A stretch of DNA of 64,000 nucleotides from Pavona decussata. Its lineage: Eukaryota. This document shows positions 10,699 to 24,289 of this stretch, one piece after another. The notes below the pieces were generated by a model. The model was not told the DNA's origin and searched no databases. It saw only the letters and a program-made list of their open reading frames with translations. The DNA is taken from assembly GCA_977016875.1 (NCBI GenBank), contig CDRNST010000130.1, positions 558,001 through 622,000 of the forward strand, read 5' to 3'. Each line of letters starts with the position of its first letter. Within the stretch, counting starts at the first letter, position 1. A program made the translations under genes and the position numbers.

Positions 10699-13600
10699 GG
10701 TTTTTATATTTTAATCAGCAAAGCAAATTGAACTAAATATCTATAAATCCTCTCATCACATTCCTCCCACCTTAACTCCAAACCCTCCTGGGTCAAGCAA
10801 TTGAAAAAAAAAGAAAGAAAAACGAAACAAGTAATTGGATAAAAGCGCTCATACAGCTCTGTCCAATGGCTCTGTCTAACAGGCTGCATAAAAGGGTCTT
10901 CCATGATTTCATTCCACATAAATAAATGGTCATCCAATGCTTCATCCTTAATGAATCTCAACATTATCGAATACTGGTAGTAATTCTTAGCGAGGAAATT
11001 GACGTCAGCTTGTTGATCAGATTCTGCTAACTGGATCATCTCGTTAAAGCTATCGCTAAAGTTGTCGTCCTCTCTTATTTCTTGAAAAAACTGCTCCACT
11101 GTCTGCACAGTATTGGCTACATGAACTGTTTTTGTTTTTGATTTGTTTTGAAATGGTTTTGTATTTTTTTTTTGGTTTTTTGGTGGTTTTTATATTTTTA
11201 TCAGCAAGGCAAATTAGACTAAAAATCTATAAATCCTCTCATCACATTCCTCCCACCTTAGCTCGAAACCCTCCTGGGTCAAGCATATAAAAAAAGAAAG
11301 AAAAAGAAAACAAGTAATTGCATAAAAGCGCTCATAAATAAATGGTCATCCAATGCCTCATCCTTGATAAATCTCAACATTATCCAATACTGGTAGTAAT
11401 TCTTAGCGAGGAAATTGACGTCAGCTTGTTGATCAGATTCTGCTAACTGGATCATCTCGTTAAAGCTATCGCTAAAGTTGTCGTCCTCTCTTATTTCTTG
11501 AAAAAACTGCTCCACTGTCTGCACAGTATTGGCTACATGAACTGTTTTTGTTTTTGATTTGTTTTGAAATGGTTTTGTATTTTTTTTTTGGTTTTTTGGT
11601 GGTTTTTATATTTTTATCAGCAAGGCAAATTAGACTAAAAATCTATAAATCCTCTCATCACATTCCTCCCACCTTAGCTCGAAACCCTCCTGGGTCAAGT
11701 AATTGAAAAAAGAAAGAAAAAGAAAACAAGTAATTGGATAAAAGCGCTCATACAGCTCTGTCCAATGGCTCTGTCTAACAGGCTGCATAAAAGGGTCTTC
11801 CATGAATTTATTCCACATAAATAAATGGTCGTCCAATGCTTCATCCTAGATGAATTTCAACCTTGTCCAATACTGGTAGTAATTCTTAGCGAGGAAATTG
11901 ACGTCAGCTTGTTGATCAGATTCTGCTAACTGGATCATCTCGTTAAAGCCATCGCTAAAGTTGTCGTCCTCTCTTATTTCTTGAAAAAACTGCTCCACTG
12001 TCTGCACAGTATTGGCTACATGAACTGTTTTTGTTTTTGATTTGTTTTGAAATGGTTTTGTATTTTTTTTTTGGTTTTTTGGTGGTTTTTATATTTTTAT
12101 CAGCAAGGCAAATTAGACTAAAAATCTATAAATCCTCTCATCACATTCCTCCCACCTTAGCTCGAAACCCTCCTGGGTCAAGTAATTGAAAAAAGAAAGA
12201 AAAAGAAAACAAGTAATTGGATAAAAGCGCTCATACAGCTCTGTCCAATGGCTCTGTCTAACAGGCTGCATAAAAGGGTCTTCCATGAATTTATTCCACA
12301 TAAATAAATGGTCGTCCAATGCTTCATCCTAGATGAATTTCAACCTTGTCCAATACTGGTAGTAATTCTTAGCGAGGAAATTGACGTCAGCTTGTTGATC
12401 AGATTCTGCAACTTGGATCATCTCGTTGAAGCCATCGCTGAGGTTGTCGTCCTCTTCTATTTTTCGAAAAAACTGCTCCACTGTCTACACAGTATTGGCT
12501 ACATGAAATGTTTTTGTTTTTGCTTTGTTTTGAAATAATTTTGTAGTTTTTTTGGGGGGGTTTTTTGGTGGTTTTTATATTTTTATCAGAAAGGGAGATT
12601 AAACTAAATATCTATAAGTCCTCTCATCGCATTCCTCCCACCTTAGCTCAAAACCCTCCTGGGTCAGGCAATTATAAAAAGAAAGAAAAAGAAAACAAGT
12701 AATTGGATAAAAGCGCTCATACAGCTTTGTCCAATGGCTCTGTCTAACAGGCCGCATGAAAGGGTCTTCCATGATTTCATTCCACATAAATAAATGGTCA
12801 TCCAATGCTTCATCCTTGATGAATCTCAACATTATCCAATACTGGTAGTAATTCTTAACGAGGAAATTGACGTCAGCTTGTTGATCAGATTCTGCCAACT
12901 GGATCATCTCGTTGAAGCCATCGCTGAGGTTGTCGTCCTGTCCTATTTCTTGAAAAAACTGCTCCACTGTCTACACAGTATTGGCTACATGAAATGTTTT
13001 TGTTTTTGCTTTGTTTTGAAATAATTTTGTAGTTTTTTTGGGGGGGTTTTTTGGTGGTTTTTATATTTTTATCAGCAAGACAAATAAAACTAAATATCTA
13101 TAAATCCTCTCATCACATTCCTCCCACCTTAGCTCGAAACCCTCCTGGGTCAAGCAATTGAAAAAAGAAAGAAAAAGAAAACAAGTAATTGGATAAAAGC
13201 GCTCATACAGCTCTGTCCAATGGCTCTGTCTAACAGGCTGCATAAAAGGGTCTTCCATGAATTTATTCCACATAAATAAATGGTCGTCCAATGCTTCATC
13301 CTTGATGAATTTCAACCTTGTCCAATACTGGTAGTAATTCTTAGTGAGGAAATTGACGTCAGCTTGTTGATCAGATTCTGCAACTTGGATCATCTCGTTG
13401 AAGCCATCGCTGAGGTTGTCGTCCTCTTCTATTTTTCGAAAAAACTGCTCCACTGTCTACACAGTATTGGCTACATAAAATGTTTTTTTTTTTTATTTGT
13501 TTTGAAATAATTTTGGATTTTTTGGGGATTTTTTGGTGGTTTTTATATTTTTATCAGCAAGGCAAATTAAACTAAATATCTATAAATCCTCTCATCACAT

Positions 13601-16600
13601 TCCTCCCACCTTAACTCCAAACCCTCCTGGGTCAAGTAATTGAAAAAAGAAAGAAAAAGAAAACAAGTAATTGGATAAAAGCGCTCATACAGCTCTGTCC
13701 AATGGCTCTGTCTAACAGGCTGCATAAAAGGGTCTTCCATAAATTTATTCCACATAAATAAATGGTCGTCCAATGCTTCATCCTAGATGAATTTCAACCT
13801 TGTCCAATACTGGTAGTAATTCTTAGCGAGGAAATTGACGTCAGCTTGTTGATCAGATTCTGCTAACTGGATCATCTCGTTAAAGCTATCGCTAAAGTTG
13901 TCGTCCTCTCTTATTTCTTGAAAAAACTGCTCCACTGTCTGCACAGTATTGGCTACATGAACTGTTTTTGTTTTTGATTTGTTTTGAAATGGTTTTGTAT
14001 TTTTTTTTTGGTTTTTTGGTGGTTTTTATATTTTTATCAGCAAGGCAAATTAGACTAAAAATCTATAAATCCTCTCATCACATTCCTCCCACCTTAGCTC
14101 GAAACCCTCCTGGGTCAAGTAATTGAAAAAAGAAAGAAAAAGAAAACAAGTAATTGGATAAAAGCGCTCATACAGCTCTGTCCAATGGCTCTGTCTAACA
14201 GGCTGCATAAAAGGGTCTTCCATGAATTTATTCCACATAAATAAATGGTCGTCCAATGCTTCATCCTAGATGAGTTTCAACCTTGTCCAGTACTGGTAGT
14301 AATTCTTAGCGAGGAAATTGACGTCAGCTTGTTGATCAGATTCTGCAACTTGGATCATCTCGTTGAAGCCATCGCTGAGGTTGTCGTCCTCTTCTATTTT
14401 TCGAAAAAACTGCTCCACTGTCTACACAGTATTGGCTACATGAAATGTTTTTGTTTTTGCTTTGCTTTGAAATAATTTTGTAGTTTTTTTTGGGGGGGGG
14501 GGTTTTTGGTGGTTTTTATATTTTTATCAGAAAGGGAGATTAAACTAAATATCTATAAATCCTCTCATCGCATTCCTCCCACCTTAGCTCAAAACCCTGC
14601 TGGGTCAAGCAATTATAAAAAGAAAGAAGAAGAAAACAAGTAATTGGATAAAAGCGCTCATACAGCTTTGTCCAATGGCTCTGTCTAACAGGCCGCATGA
14701 AAGGGTCTTCCATGATTTCATTCCACATAAATAAATGGTCATCCAATGCTTCATCCTTGATGAATCTCAACATTATCCAATACTGGTAGTAATTCTTAAC
14801 GAGGAAATTGACGTCAGCTTGTTGATCAGATTCTGCCAACTGGATCATCTCGTTGAAGCCATCGCTGAGGTTGTCGTCCTGTCCTATTTCTTGAAAAAAC
14901 TGCTCCACTGTCTACACAGTATTGGCTACATGAAATGTTTTTGTTTTTGCTTTGTTTTGAAATAATTTTGTAGTTTTTTTGGGGGGGGTTTTTTGGTGGT
15001 TTTTATATTTTTATCAGCAAGACAAATAAAACTAAATATCTATAAATCCTCTCATCACATTCCTCCCACCTTAGCTCGAAACCCTCCTGGGTCAAGCAAT
15101 TGAAAAAAGAAAGAAAAAGAAAACAAGTAATTGGATAAAAGCGCTCATACAGCTCTGTCCAATGGCTCTGTCTAACAGGCTGCATAAAAGGGTCTTCCAT
15201 GAATTTATTCCACATAAATAAATGGTCGTCCAATGCTTCATCCTTGATGAATTTCAACCTTGTCCAATACTGGTAGTAATTCTTAGCGAGGAAATTGACG
15301 TCAGCTTGTTGATCAGATTCTGCAACTTGGATCATCTCGTTGAAGCCATCGCTGAGGTTGTCGTCCTCTTCTATTTTTCGAAAAAACTGCTCCACTGTCT
15401 ACACAGTATTGGCTACATAAAATGTTTTTTTTTTTTTATTTGTTTTGAAATAATTTTGGATTTTTTGGGGTTTTTTTTTGGTGGTTTTTATATTTTTATC
15501 AGCAAGGCAAATTAAACTAAATATCTATAAATCCTCTCATCACATTCCTCCCACCTTAACTCCAAACCCTCCTGGGTCAAGTAATTGAAAAAAGAAAGAA
15601 AAAGAAAACAAGTAATTGGATAAAAGCGCTCATACAGCTCTGTCCAATGGCTCTGTCTAACAGGCTGCATAAAAGGGTCTTCCATGAATTTATTCCACAT
15701 AAATAAATGGTCGTCCAATGCTTCATCCTAGATGAATTTCAACCTTGTCCAATACTGGTAGTAATTCTTAGCGAGGAAATTGACGTCAGCTTGTTGATCA
15801 GATTCTGCTAACTGGATCATCTCGTTAAAGCTATCGCTAAAGTTGTCGTCCTCTCTTATTTCTTGAAAAAACTGCTCCACTGTCTGCACAGTATTGGCTA
15901 CATGAACTGTTTTTGTTTTTGATTTGTTTTGAAATGGTTTTGTATTTTTTTTTTGGTTTTTTGGTGGTTTTTATATTTTTATCAGCAAGGCAAATTAGAC
16001 TAAAAATCTATAAATCCTCTCATCACATTCCTCCCACCTTAGCTCGAAACCCTCCTGGGTCAAGTAATTGAAAAAAGAAAGAAAAAGAAAACAAGTAATT
16101 GGATAAAAGCGCTCATACAGCTCTGTCCAATGGCTCTGTCTAACAGGCTGCATAAAAGGGTCTTCCATGAATTTATTCCACATAAATAAATGGTCGTCCA
16201 ATGCTTCATCCTAGATGAATTTCAACCTTGTCCAATACTGGTAGTAATTCTTAGCGAGGAAATTGACGTCAGCTTGTTGATCAGATTCTGCTAACTGGAT
16301 CATCTCGTTAAAGCTATCGCTAAAGTTGTCGTCCTCTCTTATTTCTTGAAAAAACTGCTCCACTGTCTGCACAGTATTGGCTACATGAACTGTTTTTGTT
16401 TTTGATTTGTTTTGAAATGGTTTTGTATTTTTTTTTTGGTTTTTTGGTGGTTTTTATATTTTTATCAGCAAGGCAAATTAGACTAAAAATCTATAAATCC
16501 TCTCATCACATTCCTCCCACCTTAGCTCGAAACCCTCCTGGGTCAAGTAATTGAAAAAAGAAAGAAAAAGAAAACAAGTAATTGGATAAAAGCGCTCATA

Positions 16601-17425
16601 CAGCTCTGTCCAATGGCTCTGTCTAACAGGCTGCATAAAAGGGTCTTCCATGAATTTATTCCACATAAATAAATGGTCGTCCAATGCTTCATCCTAGATG
16701 AATTTCAACCTTGTCCAATACTGGTAGTAATTCTTAGCGAGGAAATTGACGTCAGCTTGTTGATCAGATTCTGCAACTTGGATCATCTCGTTGAAGCCAT
16801 CGCTGAGGTTGTCGTCCTCTTCTATTTTTCGAAAAAACTGCTCCACTGTCTACACAGTATTGGCTACATGAAATGTTTTTGTTTTTGCTTTGTTTTGAAA
16901 TAATTTTGTAGTTTTTTTTTTTGGGGGGGGGGGTTTTGGTGGTTTTTATATTTTTATCAGAAAGGGAGATTAAACTAAATATCTATAAGTCCTCTCATCG
17001 CATTCCTCCCACCTTAGCTCAAAACCCTCTTGGGTCAAGCAATTATAAAAAGAAAGAAGAAGAAAACAAGTAATTGGATAAAAGCGCTCATACAGCTTTG
17101 TCCAATGGCTCTGTCTAACTGGCTGCATAAAAGGGTCTTCAATGATTTCATTACACTTTAATAAATGGTCATCCAATACTTCATCCTTGATGAATCTCAA
17201 CATTATCCAATACTGGTAGTAATTCTTAGCGAGGAAATTGACGTCAGCTTGTTGATCAGATTTTGCCAACTGGATCATCTCGTTGAAGCCATCGCTGAAA
17301 TTGTTGTCCTCTCCTATTTCTTGCCAAAACTGCTCCACTGTCTACACAGTATTGGCTACATGAAACGTTTTTGTGTTTGATTTGTTTTGAAATGGTATTG
17401 TATTTTTATTTTTGTTTTTTTGGTG
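10699..17425 (-). repeat. Tandem array of 14 units of ~483-490 bp, each carrying a 120-134-codon orphan reading frame
   Basis: Unit starts at about 10699, 11184 (~70-bp deletion), 11601, 12084, 12570, 13056, 13538, 14021, 14511, 14998, 15483, 15966, 16449 and 16941. Recurrent peptide EQFF..DDN.SD.FNEMIQ.AESDQQADVNFL.KNYYQY..DPFMQPVRQSHWTELYERFYP. Confidence 0.95.
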
Positions 17426-17678
17426 GTTTTAAACATTTTGCATTTATTTTTGTGCCTGAACCGAGGGATAAACCGAGCTACCTAAGATAGCAGCCTCGGG
17501 GGTTCAAAAACCACGGAAAAGGCCTAAAAAAAATAAATGAATAAATAAATAAAGGTTTGTGCCGAATAACGTTAAACATAAAAAAAAAAAAAAAAAAAAA
17601 TAGGCGAAATAAATAAAAAAAAAATCCAAAGCTACGTGTACACAAAAAAACAAAACAAAAGAAAATAGCATGGCTTAA

Positions 17679-18330
17679 TTACGCTCTCCCCCCTCCCCCC
17701 CCCCCCCCAAAAAATAATAATAATGTGCCATCGTAAAGTGTTGGGAAAGCCCTAGCCCGGCAGTTACAATTTTTGGTGTGCGGGCACAAAACTGCAGATA
17801 GAGGTAGCGCGCAAAGTCCTCTTCCGTTAAGAAACAAATCATGTATTAAGAGGAGGAAGTGTTTGTTAAAATAGGTGTCTTCCTGACGGAGGAGGGCATA
17901 TGTTGCAATCTGGTGGCGAAAGAAACTATCCTCGAGGAGAAGATACTTGGCCACGGCATATACAGTGACAAAGGGAACGGTAGTCGTGTAATCCAGCAAG
18001 CGGTCGTCCAAAATGCTGATCATTACGTCTTGTTCTACCGCATCCATAACGGAGTGATGAAAACACACCAGGTGAGAACTATGGCTTCTGGCACGACAAT
18101 TGTCACAGCAAAGGAGGCCTGATCGCACTTTAGCCTCGACAAAGGCACTCTGCTCTTGCAGTAGTGAAATGTCGCTGGTAGTGGCCCGGATGCGGGAGCG
18201 GCGATGTCTGCTACCACTGATTTTAATGGCAAATTTGTTGATGTTTCCGCTACAAAAAAGGACATGAGTCGAAAAATGCATGAAAGCAGTTTTGAAATAG
18301 GATTCCAGATACGAAGAGTTTTAGCCATAA
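17679..18330 (-). pseudogene. Orphan Cys/His-rich ORF family Y relic
   Basis: 200-codon open stretch (LCCDNCRARSHSSHLVCFH, HQIATYALL, CPHTKNCNC). N-terminal part is homologous to 28800-29070 and 59140-59420; C-terminal part to 22920-23200 and 56640-56800. Confidence 0.6.
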
Positions 18331-19229
18331 TTGGCGGTTAGTAAAGAGGAAAACGGTCCATCAAAGACAAATAAGAAAACAACTCAAAGAGGCAAACTTA
18401 CCAGAACATGACAGCAGCAAAGATAGACCGAATAAAAGATGAGCACGAGAGGGTTTAACGCCTGTAAACAGCGAGTATGGCTATCTCCAAAAGGTGATGA
18501 GATAGGAGGGATAAATTGCCATATATTTATATGATTTCCCACGTGGTAAGGACAGGAGAAACATAAATAAAAATAATAAAAAATAGAAATGAGTTCGAAA
18601 GTTTTGAAAAGAAAACTGGTGCAGATGTTTTAATGTTTGCTTGGTTTTTCTTTTTATTGTTATTACGCTGTATTGGCTTTATTGCCTGAACCGTGGCTAT
18701 ACAGCGGTCTTAGGGTCTCAAAGTTCCAAAAGCAACAAAAAGTATAACTATTTATTGTCCCCATAGCAAAGTCAGTCATAAGTGTGATCCCATGGTTGCT
18801 GCCTGATATAATGTAGTATCTAGCCACAGGGCTGGGCTAGGGCCAGGCTTTGTCTTTGAGTGAAGAATTACACTTTTAATTTTGTCGACCACCAAGGAGT
18901 ACACCACTGATGGGTTCTCGACACCAAAGTGTTCTATCTCTTGGATGGACCTTACCTTACTTATGAAAAGAAATTCAAAGAAACTGAGAAGGCTTTTACT
19001 TTTCTCATCGTATTCAAGATGCAGTCTTTTTCTTGTGAAGTGAATCTCAAAATCGCTTCTTGCAAATTGGCTTATCACTTTTACTTTCCATGAAACAGGA
19101 CCCTTTTCCTGCCAGCAATTGAGTCACATGGATTGTTTTGTGTGATAACAGGTCTTGGCCTGGGGAAGCATTGGAAAGGATCTCGGGGGAAGACTGCAAA
19201 TCTGGGGCATTATACTCACTGGCTGTAAA

Positions 19230-20170
19230 GATGTCGAGATCTGTTACAGAAACATATCAGAGACTTTAACGGCATGCAGAAATTTGGTCCAACAGTCGAG
19301 TTTTAATGCACTATGTAACTGTGAGAACATAACCGAAGAATATTTTACAAAGCACTTGCATTTATGACAAAACTACAGAAGGGAAGCAATTAGTTAATCG
19401 TCATTAAAAGGTCTTGCTCAACAATATCTTATGCAGTCTTTAAAACATAATTTGAGCAAACAGAAGTTAGCATGTACAACATTAATAACCTTCAAAAGAA
19501 TACAGGTGGATAAGAGTTTAACAAAAGGCTTGTAATGATAATAATAACAGTTATAACTTATATTACGCATTTTCCATAAAAATAGTCAAAAGTGCATTAC
19601 AATTAATATAATATCTACAAATAATTACAATTAACCTACACTGTACAAACTAATCTATAGAATTTAAATCCTAAAATAATAAATATATTCATCCACATCA
19701 GGCATATCCTGATTCATTAATATTCTTGTAAAATTAAAATTGTTCTTAAAAGTGTTACAACAACACTTGAATGCTTAATTTCAGTTATGATGTAATGGAA
19801 CAACAGCAGATACTAGCCACGGCTATTGAACTGGAAACTCTAAGTAAATGTTGGCTTCTCAATATTTTTATCAGTGATGCAAATAAACTTCTTTCTCCTG
19901 ATTTCTTCCCTTACATTCTTTTGACCTTAGGTTGAAACCCTCCTGGGTCGAGCAAAGAAAATAAGGGAAAACAGCGATGCAAAATAAAACCAAAGAACCC
20001 TAATTTCTGCAATGAAATTTGCAGTAACTATTTTTGTTTACTTGTTTGGTTTTTGGTTCTTTTGTTATGAGTTTTTTATTGTTTTTATGTGCCTGAACCC
20101 GCCGCATAACCGAGCAACCTTATACAGTGGTCTGGGGGATTTAATGTTCTAAAAGCAACCGAAAAAAGGT
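19230..20170 (-). repeat. Orphan module R1 copy
   Basis: Colinear with 8420-9235. Confidence 0.8.
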
Positions 20171-20789
20171 GTTAAAAAATAAAAGGTCGATTTTTGTTAA
20201 AGTCGCCATAGCCAAGGCAACCATTACTGTGAAACCTCTTTTGATGCCTTATATAATGTAGCATTGAGCCAGAGGGCTTGGGCGCAAGCTTTGCCTATGG
20301 TTAACTGTAGCAACAGATGTCGTTGTAAATCCGTGTTAGCCGACACTTGATACTCTATGGATCCAGCTGTGACAATAGGTTTTTCCTGCTTGCACTCACA
20401 ACAGGACAATTAAGACTTCAACAGACTTTCGGCAACTTGACAATGTTGCGGGGAAAATTAGCTTGAGAGCACTCACTAGCCAGCAGGACAGAGCTGGTCA
20501 CAACTCCTAGGTACACGGGTTCTAGCCAACTGGAACTCGTTGGACAGCAGAGAATACGCAGACTCCACTCCAGCAAAGGTTTATTCAGTAGTTTGATATT
20601 AACCGATTTACAATTATTGTAAGCCTTGTTCTTATATAGCTAAAGATTACAAAAAGTAAAGTACTTTGTTTTTTTTACGTGGCTTGGTTGTGCAATATCA
20701 GTGTAACATCACAAGCTCAAAACAGAAGATGTTACTTAAGACTGTATTACTTTCATGTGCCCTTAATTGTTAGGAGTTCCTTATTAGGA

Positions 20790-21315
20790 GAGTACATCAT
20801 CTGGCCTCATATACTTTGGCTGGGCTGTCTTACCAGAGTGTGCCATGTGATCATGGACGAACTTGCACTTTTCTTGTTTAAGATGAAATTGCTGGTGGTG
20901 TGAAACTTTCTTATCTTGGTGGCAGTTCTTTGCCCCCTCACATATGACTGGGGCATGGGAACAGGACCAAATTCAAGGGATCCGGCCTTGAAAAGTGGAT
21001 CTTCAAGGTCTTCAAGGAAGCAAAGGTAAGGACAGACACCCGAGTGCCATCTCCTTGTGGGTATACAGCCTCTAGCATCTTGTGGATGGTGCGCACTGCC
21101 TGGAGACTGTGCGTCTGCTTCTTTTCTCCCCTTCCACGTGTTGCAGCCAGAGGAAGTCAAAATGCAGACATTTGCCTCTTCGGCCTCCTCCTCTCTGAGC
21201 AGTCTGTGTAATAATCATCCCACTTCTCACTGTCCTCGTTTTCCTGTTTCATTGACCAGAACATGAAGAGCATCATAACAATCAGTGGTGATCTTCCCCA
21301 TCATTTTGTCCATGC
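20790..21315 (-). pseudogene. Tyrosine recombinase catalytic C-terminal relic
   Basis: PLF..ATKIRKFHTT then, after a frameshift, KFVHDHMAHSGKTAQPKY: a TxxRK / MxHS..TA..Y catalytic tail. Partial copy at 9300-9535. Confidence 0.7.
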
Positions 21316-21349
21316 GGGAATGGAGCAAAGCAAAATACTACAAATTCAT

Positions 21350-21990
21350 TTAGTTTAGTATAGTTGCTTCGAGTTGCACTTGCTTGTTCACTTTGTGGAA
21401 TCATTATAGGTACCATGTTTCACTAGCAACAAATAATTGGTTGCAAATGAAACAGACAGTAGCTACATTATGGTTTTTGAGCTGGGCCTTGGTCATCCAT
21501 GTGTTCTGTTTCAGAAAACTCAACATTTCTCAAATTGGACAGCTTGCCATCTTCCAGTAAATGCTTTATGGAAGCACCATCAGTAACAACGTCATCGTTG
21601 GTGGGATTGCTGTCCTTCATCAAGCAAAGAGCTCCTCCAATGTGGTGACTTCTAACCCTGAAGTCCTCATCGGTATCATCTTTTCCATGTCTTCTCACAC
21701 AAGGTATCCACCTCTTGCTGGTTCTTATACAGCCTGAGGGAATGCAATGCAATGTCCCCTTGAAGCAATACCTCCATGCCTCAGCATGTGTACATGCACT
21801 GTGGGTGGCTGTGTCGCTATCAGCATCTGCTCGGTATCTGACATTTCAGAAAGCTCCTCAGGAACCCTCAACAGGTCCATATTGTTTTTATCAAATTTTT
21901 AGTACCGTCTTATCTCTGCTGCAATGAGTGCAATTGTTGCCTTTGAATTCTAATCGCAGTTCCTTGCAAACCTCACAGCAACTGAACATG
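21350..21990 (-). pseudogene. Helitron N-terminal (DUF6570-like) relic, copy 2
   Basis: CCEVCKE..CTHCSRDK..EQMLIA..VHVHMLRHGGIASRGHCIAFPQAV*EPA..; shares the TAA and an internal deletion with copy 1. Confidence 0.78.
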
Positions 21991-23639
21991 TGTTATCTGC
22001 TCTACTGCCAGAGTGTTAAATTGAGATATACTCACGCCTAACTGTGGTCAAATGATACCCACTGTGTCTGCATTAGTACTAACACACTTTATTTAAATCT
22101 CTTCATTACACTTAATGTATTTATCTTGTTGTACGAGAAGTGAAAGCTCTGTTTCTTGTTGTCAAAGGAACTTTCACATGCTATAATATGGGTGCCTGTA
22201 ACACATAACAGGACTTGTGAGTCCCAAACAAAGTCTACAATCTCTCCAGAGTAAGTTAAAAAAATTTGCACCAAAAGGATATTCTTCAAAGTGTTCTCCA
22301 GGTATTGAACTATTTACAAAAAAATTATTCAGTCCCCAAATGAATCAACAACCTGGGTAAGGAAGGCAAAATAAGATAAACCTGAATGCCAAATGAATCT
22401 CCTATGAAGCTGCCATTATGAAATGATCACAACGCCTCTGTCATCTGGATGTTTTAGTAGTATGTTTTCTTGTAGCAGTGGTGGTGGGTTGTACTGATGA
22501 TTGACCATGGTATGAAAGGTGGTTCAGTCATGTCTGTAGACAGCATAGTTAGCCAAGGTTGTTTAAACTGATCACAGGGCAGTAGAAACTGGTCAGTGGT
22601 TGGTGTGTCGTTTAAGCCTTAGTTGGTTGCATGAGCGGTTTTTTTTATTTGTTTGAAATGATTTTTAAATTTTTGTTGTTTTTGGTAGGTTTTTAAAATT
22701 TTATATTTGGTTTTGTGCCTGAACCGCAGCGTAAACCGAGCTACCTAATATAGCAGTCTCGGGGATTCAAATACGGTGGGAAAAGCATAAAAAGGTAAAT
22801 GACGATTGGTGCCAAAAAACGCTAAACTTAAAAAAAATAAACGAAATTAAAGAAAGAAACCAAAGCTACGTGTACAAAAAAAAAGTAAAAGACAGGAACA
22901 TAGCTCATAACGGCTCTCCCCTCCCCCTCAAAAAAAAAAAATCCAGTGCCATTAAAAAGGGTTGGAAAAGTACTTTGCGTGGCGGTGACAATTTATGGTG
23001 CGCGTGCACAAAACTGCCGATATAAATAGCGGGCAAAGTCCTCTTGTCTGTTGATGAACAAATCATGTATAATGGTTAAAAGTATTTGGTACCATACATT
23101 TCTTCCTGACAGAGGAGCGCATAGGTGGCAATCTGATGGTGAACAAAAGTTATCTTCCAGGAGGAGACATTTGGCCAAGAGATACATGGTAAAAAATGAA
23201 AGGTGGTTGTATATTCTAAAAGACAATCGTCCAGAAGGCAGATCCTGATATCCTGTTCCACTGCATTGAGAACGAAGGGATGGTGACAAACAAGGTGTGA
23301 ACATTGTTCCCGTTCATTCGGTTGACATTTCTGTATTTGTTCATCACAAAAAGGACAATTAAGCTCCCATATTATTTAATTCATCGTGAATTTCTAAACT
23401 GCAATTCATTACTATTATATATTTCTACAACATTGTTTAATAGTGTAAGAAAAAAAAGCCATCATTTGTTTAATGAGATAAAATCGTTTGATATGCAAAA
23501 TGTGAAACTGATCAAATATTAATAAACAGTTTCAATCAGTCCAATCAAACTCAAACTGATATTTTTATCAGAAAAACTACGATAACATTTTCATGGCTAA
23601 ATACAGTTGACTGTGAACAAACGCTATTCAAATAACAAA

Positions 23640-23765
23640 CATACCATGAAAACAATTCGAAGCAACACATCAACTTAGGAGCTTTGAACTTAACAAAGTG
23701 TCATTATCTTGCTTTGACGATAAAAAGTATATATTGGATGGTATAAAATGATATGCTTCTGAGTC
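23640..23765 (+). pseudogene. pPolB C-terminal relic
   Basis: MKTIRSN.HQLRSFELNKVSLSCFDDKKYILDGIK*YA. Confidence 0.8.
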
Positions 23766-23800
23766 TTAAAAATATAGAATAATGAAATGTTAGTTAAAGT

Positions 23801-24193
23801 CTAAACATCCAACATTTCTTGAGAAGATGGTGGTGAAGGAACTTCAATCTTAGTTGCTTTTCTGTTAAAATTCATCTGCATGGTTAAACGTTTAACTGTC
23901 TCTTTTCTCTCTTTCTCTTCAATCCTGTCATTCAATTCCTGTCGATATTGGCGCTGTCTCTTCTCCAGATTCAACATTCGCTCACACTGTTCAAAGACCA
24001 TTTTCACCTTGGTAATGGATCCCAAAGTGGCATCAACATCACAAGTCGAAATTCCATCCACTAGTTGTTTCATGTCAAAAGTTAACTGAAAATTCTGGTC
24101 ACCAGAAGCAGCAGCGCACTACATCAAACATTCTTGCATGCTTCTTTCACATGTCTCAATCTGGTTTTGTAAAGTCGACATAGACTTCGGCAT
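23801..24193 (-). pseudogene. Polinton accessory coiled-coil ORF (one internal stop)
   Basis: ATG at 24193, MPKSMSTLQNQIETCERSMQECLM*..; the 90-aa ORF-track entry is its C-terminal part; convergent with the pPolB tail. Confidence 0.55.
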
Positions 24194-24289
24194 CTTCAGT
24201 TTTTTTGCACAAACTTTCTCAGTAAGGATCGTTAGTAATCGTCAACTTCATGAGTAAATTTCATCAGCAAAGTTTACTTGTTTGATTGT

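Noticed and set aside
12308-17380. Plus-strand 71-97 aa ORFs in the array
   Set aside because: Antisense shadows of the minus-strand frame; present in only some unit types and ending in T-rich low-complexity sequence.
10699-17425. CRISPR-like or repeat-spacer array
   Set aside because: Units are homologous over their full length with no unique spacers; the context is eukaryotic and has no cas genes.
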